Shown here: positions 56,900 to 64,000 of the stretch, piece after piece
Layout: the number at the start of each line of letters is the position of its first letter
How positions within the stretch are numbered: the stretch's first letter is position 1
NCBI GenBank assembly: GCA_030603495.1
Contig: JAUVXR010000002.1
Location: 75,836 to 139,835, forward strand
DNA: 64,000 bases
Reading direction: 5' to 3'
Origin: a bacterium
GTDB lineage: Bacteria > Armatimonadota > Zipacnadia > Zipacnadales > Zipacnadaceae
Notes under the pieces: generated by a model
What the model saw: only the letters and a program-made list of their open reading frames with translations
Database searches by the model: none
Told to the model about the DNA's origin: nothing
Program-made: the position numbers and the translations under genes

Positions 56900-56951
56900 T
56901 TGCAGATTGGCCCTCCAGCCGATCAGCCGGCGCGACGGGGTCGCCGGATCG

Positions 56952-58265
56952 TCAGCGATTACCTGCCGCCCGCGGCGCGGCCGCAGGCAGCCCGAAGCCA
57001 TCCTGCTCCTCGCGGGTGAAGACCGGGAAGATCTTAGCCGCTAGCGTGAACAGCAATACGACGGCCGAAACCATGGCTATCGTGATGATGAACTCGCCGA
57101 TGCTCGGGAAGTACCCGACCTTGCCAGGGATGGTCATGCCGAGTAGAGCCACGCTCAAGCGGTTAAAGACAACACCCACAATGGCAAGCGTAGCCGCAGT
57201 GAACAGGGACGTCATGCTTTCGCGGGCTCTCGCACTCGAGAGGATCAGGGCTGGTAGCCCGAGGCCCACCAGCACATCGACGAGGAAGACGAAGCCCTTG
57301 CCGCTGACGAAGGCCCCGCCCAGTTCCCCGCGCAGAAGCACATCGATGATGCGCACAGCCAGGCAAATCCACAGGGCTCCGCACAGCAACCGGCCCAGGC
57401 CAGCGAGTGGCCCCTGCTCCAGCGATCGCCCAAAGAACCTCGCGCTGAGCATCGCCTCGAAGATCACCATCGCAAAGCCCACCGCGACGGCACTGAGGAA
57501 GAAGTTAATGGGCAGCATGGGGGTCCACCACAGCGCGTGGAGCTTGCCCGGCATCAACAGGAAGAGCGACCCCAGGGATGACTGATGCATCGTTGACAAC
57601 ACGATTCCGACCATGACCAGGATGATGGGCACGCCTGGCCGCGAGGCGAACAGGCTGGGAACCACTGCAGCCACAACGGCGAAGACCACCAACACCACCA
57701 CTGCCCAGGCGACCGAGTGTGACATGATGTAGGTGAAGAAAGCTACCACAATAACCGAAAAGGCCGGCACCAGCCTCCGCCACAGTCCATGGATCCGATC
57801 CCAGCCGAAGCGCTCAAAGACTGCCGGCGCGAACTCCAAAGCCAGCACGCTCATGTACAGCATCACGCACCAGGCGACCTCAAACATGACGGAGTGCTCA
57901 GGCCACATGATGATGGGGTGCCAGATGCGCCAGGGCAGGCCGAGGTCCACCAACAGTGCCACGCCCACGAAAACATAGCCGAGAAGCCCGGTGAGGACCG
58001 CGGGCCGCACGAACATGTGGTACTTCTCGCCGCCAAAGATATAGACCGCCGCGGCGACGGTAAATGCTCCGGCCGCGAGAGCCACGCCACACATGATGTC
58101 AACGGAGATCCAAAGGCCCCACGGATAGCTATCGCTGAGGTTCGTGACCGCGCCCAGCCCCTGCCAGTAGCGGATGACAGCTACGATACCGCCTAAGATC
58201 ATCAGCAAGGCAAGGGTGATGCTGGCTGGAGTTACGAATTTGGCCTTGACGGGTTCATGGTTCAT
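56952..58265 (-). CDS. NrfD/HybB-family membrane subunit
   Basis: GLGAVTNLSD.YPWGLW, DLGLPWR, SVMFEVAWC, HQSSLG. Confidence 0.92.
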   Translation of the reverse strand: MNHEPVKAKFVTPASITLALLMILGGIVAVIRYWQGLGAVTNLSDSYPWGLWISVDIMCGVALAAGAFTVAAAVYIFGGEKYHMFVRPAVLTGLLGYVFVGVALLVDLGLPWRIWHPIIMWPEHSVMFEVAWCVMLYMSVLALEFAPAVFERFGWDRIHGLWRRLVPAFSVIVVAFFTYIMSHSVAWAVVVLVVFAVVAAVVPSLFASRPGVPIILVMVGIVLSTMHQSSLGSLFLLMPGKLHALWWTPMLPINFFLSAVAVGFAMVIFEAMLSARFFGRSLEQGPLAGLGRLLCGALWICLAVRIIDVLLRGELGGAFVSGKGFVFLVDVLVGLGLPALILSSARARESMTSLFTAATLAIVGVVFNRLSVALLGMTIPGKVGYFPSIGEFIITIAMVSAVVLLFTLAAKIFPVFTREEQDGFGLPAAAPRAAGNR

Positions 58266-59137
58266 GCCTGGTTATTGTCCTCCTGTGCCGACGTCCCGGC
58301 TTTGGCTTTGCGGTTGGCAACCCAGTAGACGCCGCTGAGAAGTAGCCCCAGACCCGTAACGACTGCGGGTATGGCTTTCATCACGGGGCTCGTGTAGGAC
58401 GGATAACTGCGCTTGCCTAGGTCGGTGGGGAAGCCCAGTTGGTCGAACGGGACGTCCGAGATGTACATCCAGCTTGTTCCGCCCACCTCTTGCTCACCGT
58501 ATATGTGGTCAATGTACTTGCCTGGCTCGGCGGTCATTCGTTCCCTAGCCTCGGCAAGCAACTGGCCGCGCTCTCCGAACTTAAGCGTTCCTGTAGGGCA
58601 GGCCTTGACGCATGCGGGCGTCCGGTTGCTGTCTCGATGGCGGGCGAGCGACTCCTCGGAAAGCGGTTGGTCGTTAACCGAGGTGGTGCCGGCGTCGTCA
58701 CCTTGCCTGTCCGCGCAGAACGTGCACTTCCTGATGAGCGGGATGGGCGACTCCCATTGGAACGTGGGGACGTCAAACGGACACGCCATCATGCAGTATC
58801 GACACCCGAAGCACTTGGTGTCGTCATAGACGACGGCCCCCTCGGCCGTCTTGCTGAGTGCGCCGACCGGACAGGCTGACGCGCACGCCGGGTCTTGGCA
58901 ATGCATGCAGCCCACCCGGGCAAACGCCCACTTGAGCTTCCCGTCGCTGTCGGTCATTTCGACGAAGCGGATCAGAGTGAATGTCTTCGATGACAACGCT
59001 GGGGGATTCTGATACCCTCCGGGTGCCCCGAAAAACTCCGTGTGCTCGGCCTCGAGCCCATTCCACTCCTTGCAGGCCACCTGGCACGCCCGGCAGGCAA
59101 TGCACTTCGTCAAGTCAACCAGGCAGGCTTTGCTCAT
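58262..59137 (-). CDS. 4Fe-4S electron-transfer subunit (FdnH/HybA-like) with C-terminal anchor
   Basis: CIACRAC..AC, CMHC..PAC...CP, CFGCRYC...CP, KCTFC...PAC...CP. Confidence 0.93.
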   Translation of the reverse strand: MSKACLVDLTKCIACRACQVACKEWNGLEAEHTEFFGAPGGYQNPPALSSKTFTLIRFVEMTDSDGKLKWAFARVGCMHCQDPACASACPVGALSKTAEGAVVYDDTKCFGCRYCMMACPFDVPTFQWESPIPLIRKCTFCADRQGDDAGTTSVNDQPLSEESLARHRDSNRTPACVKACPTGTLKFGERGQLLAEARERMTAEPGKYIDHIYGEQEVGGTSWMYISDVPFDQLGFPTDLGKRSYPSYTSPVMKAIPAVVTGLGLLLSGVYWVANRKAKAGTSAQEDNNQA

Positions 59138-62100
59138 ATTGTGCCTCCCTTCCTGATATCGCAAAGGAACGCTTTGTATTCGGGGATGGTGGTGTTGGCG
59201 TCACCGACATGGGGCGTGAGCAGGTTGGCGCTGTCTCCTGTCGCGAGCCCTTGGTAACCGAAATGCCAAACCAGCCCCACGACGTCGACCGTCTTGTCGC
59301 CAAGTTGCAGTGAGCCGATGCGGGCCGTAACGACCGCGTGCATGGTCACCTCGCCGCGCGCAGAACTCATCGTTACCAGGTCGCCGTTCTCGATACCTTT
59401 GCGCGCAGCCAGCTCCACACCTATCTCAATGAATGGCCCCGGCATGAGCTCGATGAGCCACGGTTGGTTCCGGGTGAGTGAGCCGGTCTGGTAGTGCTCG
59501 GTCAGCCGGAACGAGGTGGCCACTATCGGAAACTTCTCGGCAGTGCCCGTCTCCTCGGGCCGCCACACCCTTATCATCGGGTTGTTCTGCTGATCACACA
59601 TCCGGTTGAGCACGGGGCTCTCCAGGGGCTCATAATGCTCCGGGAACGGTCCATCCTTTGGGTCCGGGCTGAAAAGGCACCCGTGCCCCTCCTTGCGCAT
59701 GATGAACGAGTACTTCCCCGCGGGGTTCCGCGTACCATCGAGGTTGCGCAACGGAGGCCAGCCGCCGTCGGGCACATCGCCCAGCCACTTTCCTGCCTGC
59801 CAGTCGTAAGCGATGACCGGCTTGTCGGGCGCCCACGGCCGCCCCTTAGCATCGCACGAGGCCCGGTTGTAGAGAATGCGACGGTTGACCGGCCAGCACC
59901 ACGACCAGTTCGGGTTGAGGTCTATCGGATCGTCCTCGGGCGTCGAGCGCTCCCGACGGGCCATCATATTGCCCTTGTCGGTGTAACTGCCGCAGTACAG
60001 CCAGTTCCCGCTGTTGGTGGACCCATCAGCCTGAAGTGCTGCGAACGAGGGAACGAGATCGCCCGCCTTGTACAGCGTACCCTTGAATTCCACATCGCGC
60101 AGGAAGTAGCCGTTGATCTCCTTGGCCACCAGATGCACGTCGGGCTCTTCGTCGCCGTAGCTCCAGTCCAGATGCTCGATGGGGCCCGGGAAGGTGCCGC
60201 CGTCAGCATAGACCTTCTTGAGCGCCTCCACGAGCCGTGTGAGTATCCACAGGTCGGACTTCGCGTCGCCCGGCGGCGGCACCGCCTGGTAACGCCACTG
60301 GCCCCAGCGCCCGGAGTTGGTGATGCTTCCCTCTTTCTCAAACGAAACGGCGGCAGGAAGCAGGAACACCTCGGTTTGGATCTCGCTTGGATTCGCACCG
60401 GGACGCTTCCAGAACGCGGCCGTCTCGGTCTCGAACAGATCGAACACAACCAGCCAGTCCAGTTTGCCCAGCGCCCGGCGGACGACGTTGAGGTTTGCTC
60501 CACTGACTGCTGGGTTGTGGCCGATGTTTATCAGGGCCTTTATGTTCCCCTCGTCCATCTCGTGGAACAAGGCCAAGTGTGAGCAGTCGCCGGTGCGCTT
60601 GGGCAGGTAGTCGTAGGCGAAATCGTTCTCCTCTGTGGCATGGTCGCCCCAGAAGGCCTTGAGCAGGCTGACGGTGTACTTCGGGTAGTTCTGCCACCAG
60701 TTGCCGCTCTTGGAGTCCTGGCTCACCGGGGTCCACTTGTCCAAGTAGGCCTGGAGGGAATCGTTCTCGGTGGTCGGGGACTTGAGATAGCCGGGAAGAA
60801 TGTGGTAGAGGACACAGTGGTCGGTCGAGCCCTGCACGTTCGATTCGCCGCGTAGTGCGTTGATCCCGCCGCCAGCGACGCCGATGTTGCCCAGCAGCAT
60901 CTGCAGAATCGCGTAGGTCCGGATGTTCTGCGTCCCGGTCGTGTGCTGCGTGGTGCCCATGGAGTACATAATCGTGCCCGACTTGTCGGGCTCGTGGGTT
61001 GCGCAGAAGGCCTTCGCGGCCTGCAGGAAGACGTCCTGCGGTGTGCCAGTGATCGCGGACATAGCTTCGGGCGTGTAGCGCGAGAAGTGCTTCTTCAGCC
61101 GCTGGTAAACACAGTGGGGATTCTTCAGGGCGGGGTCCTTCTTGATGTTGCCCCCGGCGTCGGTCTGGTAGCGCCAGTGCTCCTTGGTGTACTTAGCGTC
61201 GTGTAGGAGCGTGCCGCTGTACTCCCCAAACAGCCCTGCGTCGAACTCGAACTCCGGGGCCAGCAGGAAGCTCGCGTTGGTGTGGGCGACGACGTACTCC
61301 CTCTGGATAAGGTCGTTCTGCAGCGCGTAGTTGACCATCCCGCCGATCAGGGCCACGTCGGTGCCGGGCCGAAAGGGCGCATAAATGTCTGCACGCGAGG
61401 ATGTCCGCGTGAAACGGGGATCTGCCGAGATCAGCGTCGCGCCCTTCTCCATCGCCTTGGTGACCCACTTGAAGGAGATCGGGTGCATCTCGGCGGCATT
61501 CGACCCGATGATGAATACGCAGTCAGAGTTGGCGATGTCATTGAAATGGTTGGTCATCGCGCCCCGGCCGAAGCTGGCGGCTAGCGCAGCGACCGTGGAC
61601 GAGTGGCACAGGCGTGCGCAGTGATCCAGGTAGACTATCCCCAGAGCCCTGGCGAACTTGGAGACGAGATAGCACTCCTCGTTGTCCAGGGCCGCACTCC
61701 CCAGGCACCCGATCGCGGAGGTGCGGTTCACAACTTGGTCTTGCTGGTCGGTGAGTTCGAAGGTCGCGTCCCTGGTCTCCTTGATCTTCTCGGCGATCCG
61801 ATCGATGGCCCAGTCCCAGTCCTTCTCCTCCCAGTCGCTGGCACCCGCAGCCCGATACAACACCTTGCTCAGCCGTCGGTCGCTGACCACCTGGGAGAGC
61901 GCCGCGCCCTTGCTGCACAACGAGCCCTGGTTGATGGGATGATCAGGGTCGCCGGTGACGTCAACGATCTTGCCCTCGGCAGCGCTTATCAGTATGCCAC
62001 ACCCCACACCACAGTACGGGCAAATCGTCGTGCTCAAGCGCCCGCGTTTGATGCTCACGCGTTCGGCGTAGGCACGAGTAGCGCTCAGGTCTAGCCCGAA

Positions 62101-62166
62101 AGGGTCCAACAGCGTCCCGGCCATCACACCAGCCGTAGTGAGAAAAGCCCGTCGACTTATCTCCAT
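59134..62166 (-). CDS. fdnG: Formate dehydrogenase-N type alpha subunit, Cys form, Tat-exported
   Basis: SRRAFL Tat motif, CPYCGVGC...LCSKG, ARLCHSST, GRGAMTN, RGESNVQG, PEYKAF. Confidence 0.95.
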   Translation of the reverse strand: MEISRRAFLTTAGVMAGTLLDPFGLDLSATRAYAERVSIKRGRLSTTICPYCGVGCGILISAAEGKIVDVTGDPDHPINQGSLCSKGAALSQVVSDRRLSKVLYRAAGASDWEEKDWDWAIDRIAEKIKETRDATFELTDQQDQVVNRTSAIGCLGSAALDNEECYLVSKFARALGIVYLDHCARLCHSSTVAALAASFGRGAMTNHFNDIANSDCVFIIGSNAAEMHPISFKWVTKAMEKGATLISADPRFTRTSSRADIYAPFRPGTDVALIGGMVNYALQNDLIQREYVVAHTNASFLLAPEFEFDAGLFGEYSGTLLHDAKYTKEHWRYQTDAGGNIKKDPALKNPHCVYQRLKKHFSRYTPEAMSAITGTPQDVFLQAAKAFCATHEPDKSGTIMYSMGTTQHTTGTQNIRTYAILQMLLGNIGVAGGGINALRGESNVQGSTDHCVLYHILPGYLKSPTTENDSLQAYLDKWTPVSQDSKSGNWWQNYPKYTVSLLKAFWGDHATEENDFAYDYLPKRTGDCSHLALFHEMDEGNIKALINIGHNPAVSGANLNVVRRALGKLDWLVVFDLFETETAAFWKRPGANPSEIQTEVFLLPAAVSFEKEGSITNSGRWGQWRYQAVPPPGDAKSDLWILTRLVEALKKVYADGGTFPGPIEHLDWSYGDEEPDVHLVAKEINGYFLRDVEFKGTLYKAGDLVPSFAALQADGSTNSGNWLYCGSYTDKGNMMARRERSTPEDDPIDLNPNWSWCWPVNRRILYNRASCDAKGRPWAPDKPVIAYDWQAGKWLGDVPDGGWPPLRNLDGTRNPAGKYSFIMRKEGHGCLFSPDPKDGPFPEHYEPLESPVLNRMCDQQNNPMIRVWRPEETGTAEKFPIVATSFRLTEHYQTGSLTRNQPWLIELMPGPFIEIGVELAARKGIENGDLVTMSSARGEVTMHAVVTARIGSLQLGDKTVDVVGLVWHFGYQGLATGDSANLLTPHVGDANTTIPEYKAFLCDIRKGGTI

Positions 62167-62407
62167 GCTTTAGAGTCTCCTTACTAGACTGTCTTCGATA
62201 TTGGATGGAAAGCTATGCCTGATACGCTGATTAGACGTCGGCCGATCCCGCAAGTCGGGCCCCGTCAACTCCCACAGCAGCGACGCCACCCTGTGCAGAC
62301 CAGCCTCTCCCTCAGCGCTTCTCGGTGGGCACCAGGCTCCCAAATGGCCAAAGGGCTTCACGTCGAAAGGGCTTCACGGCCTCGAGCTGTGGGTCAAACC
62401 GGCGCAC

Positions 62408-62436
62408 ATAATACATCCTTGCTGTGGAATTGTCAA
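62408..62436 (-). promoter_or_regulatory. sigma70 promoter of the fdh operon
   Basis: TTGACA-N17-TATTAT. Confidence 0.75.
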
Positions 62437-62900
62437 GCGCCACTGAGTAATACGGGGCAGCTCGTGGCTCTTTGCGTTTCTGAGTAGTTTCCTGAATTGA
62501 CTGAAAACAGAAGATCGTGCAGAGAAGCGGGGTGCTATCGGTGAGAATCCGGCGAACGACTATGATCTGGCGTTGCTGCGGGGTGGTCAACAAGTGGTGT
62601 TAACGCAAGACGGCCAGTTCAGCGCGTTTCTGATCACTGACTGCAACAACCTGAAGACAATAACAGCCTCCGACCTTTACCTCCCCGAAGGTGTGCCAGC
62701 GGAACCAGAACCGGCTTTACCGTGCCGATTCGTGATGTCCGTCAGTGAGTGCTGGCTTCCCGTGTCCATTGTGCGGGGAGATGCGCACCATGCCTGGCCT
62801 ACCTACCCTCCCGGCCGCAGTAGACTGGGTGGGTGAAGAGACGGAAGTCGCGGGCAGCATTACGGCTCGGCTGGGCTACGTGCGAGGGTATGAGCCTCGA

Positions 62901-63725
62901 TCATACTCCTCCATACGCGTCAAAGCCACCATCAACTATTATTACCGTCCCGTGGATAAACGAGCAAACATCAGACAATAACATCAGAGCTGCGCCAACC
63001 AGATCTTCAGGCCGGCCAAAACGCCCCATCGGCGTGTGAGCGATAATTCTCTTGCCTCGTTCGTTCAGCTCACCAGTCTGTTCGTCAGTTAGTAGGAATC
63101 TATTCTGCTCGGTCAGGAAGAACCCCGGTGCAATGGCATTCACCCTGATGTGAGACGAATATTCTTGCGATATGTGCACCGCCAGCCATTGAGTAAAGTT
63201 GACGATGGCAGCCTTGGCAGCGGAGTAGGCCACGCTCTTAGTTAGCGGGCGGTAGGCTCCCATTGAAGCTATGTTCAGAATGGATCCGCTTTGCTGCTGG
63301 ACCATTAATTGGCTGAAAACTTGACACGGTAGGAACGTGCCCATGAAATTCAAATCGAAAACCCAGCGCACTGCATCTTCAGGGAGATCAAAGAACGATA
63401 GGCTTTCACTTGTGGTTGCTTCCTTCTTAGCACCGCCTGCTCCATTAATGAGAATGTCAACCTGCCCGAATTCTTCCATAACGCGCTCGGCGAGCGATTC
63501 CAGGGACTGCTTATCCAGCACATCAGCCGATATTCCTATGGCATGTCCCCCTTTGCCGCGGATATCCGCAGCAACCTTATCCAAAGACTCTTGAGTCCGG
63601 GCTACCAGGATTACACTAGCCCCACACTGCCCAAGAGCGTGAGCAATGGCGCTGCAAAGTACTCCTGACCCACCAGTAATAACCGCCACTTTATCGGTAG
63701 AATCGAGAGTCTGGTCAATCGTCAT
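62901..63725 (-). CDS. SDR oxidoreductase (UxuB/D-mannonate oxidoreductase-like)
   Basis: ITGGSGVL, INGAGG, YSAAK, NAIAPGFF..QN, HTPMGRFG. Confidence 0.9.
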   Translation of the reverse strand: MTIDQTLDSTDKVAVITGGSGVLCSAIAHALGQCGASVILVARTQESLDKVAADIRGKGGHAIGISADVLDKQSLESLAERVMEEFGQVDILINGAGGAKKEATTSESLSFFDLPEDAVRWVFDLNFMGTFLPCQVFSQLMVQQQSGSILNIASMGAYRPLTKSVAYSAAKAAIVNFTQWLAVHISQEYSSHIRVNAIAPGFFLTEQNRFLLTDEQTGELNERGKRIIAHTPMGRFGRPEDLVGAALMLLSDVCSFIHGTVIIVDGGFDAYGGV

Positions 63726-64000
63726 AGCCTGATCCTCTTCTGTGCTCAATTACTGCTCTCGCCTACAGCTCTGATAGGATAGACTTGATGGTGCAAATTC
63801 CGTCTTCCATTGCTTGTCTAGGGTTAGGCAAGGGCAACACTTCAAATGACAGATAACCCGTGTATTCCATCCGCCACAATTCCCGGAGTACACCTCGTAG
63901 GTCCATATGACCGTGTTCCGGCGCCTGCCGATTAGTGCCAACAAGGTGAATATGCCCTATCCGCGGACCCGCCCGGCGCAGACTGGCCGCAATGTTTACT

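Noticed and set aside
59134-62166. Selenocysteine recoding in fdnG
   Set aside because: The ORF is uninterrupted and the ligand codon is TGC.
62215-62400. Moco/Wco, THF or ZTP riboswitch, or 6S RNA call
   Set aside because: Only short scattered similarities; the consensus cores are not recognisable by eye.

Overview
GC-rich bacterial chromosomal window. The gene mix (porin and secretin plus an FhaA-FhaB-RodA-PbpA-PknB cluster and PSP1/RicT) suggests a diderm Terrabacteria lineage such as Armatimonadota (inference). Layout: (1) 2.8-10.9 kb, a co-oriented array of unrelated accessory genes separated by two families of short junction repeats; one family is the 5' end of an excisionase-like HTH gene, the other is the 3' end of the neighbouring DUF2254 gene, and they share a GGGCGAGGA core. 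No integrase is in the window. (2) Six tRNA genes. (3) A compact three-gene operon next to the tRNA cluster: PD-(D/E)xK/wHTH protein, Ser/Thr kinase, and a 401-aa unknown; candidate defence system. (4) Housekeeping block (metG, ricT, mfd, ssb, rpsF, fha-rodA-pbpA-pknB). (5) A decayed region at 37.7-45 kb with IS630/IS1380/comM/HTH remnants and a disrupted beta-propeller-secretin fusion. (6) A formate-respiration module: Cys-type FdnG, HybA/HybB-like subunits, FdhE, porin, polyprenyl synthase, TatA, Mo/W-cofactor genes, WtpABC, and an unusual P-loop-ModE regulator with a perfect ModE-like operator. All calls come from reading the sequence; no database searches were run.
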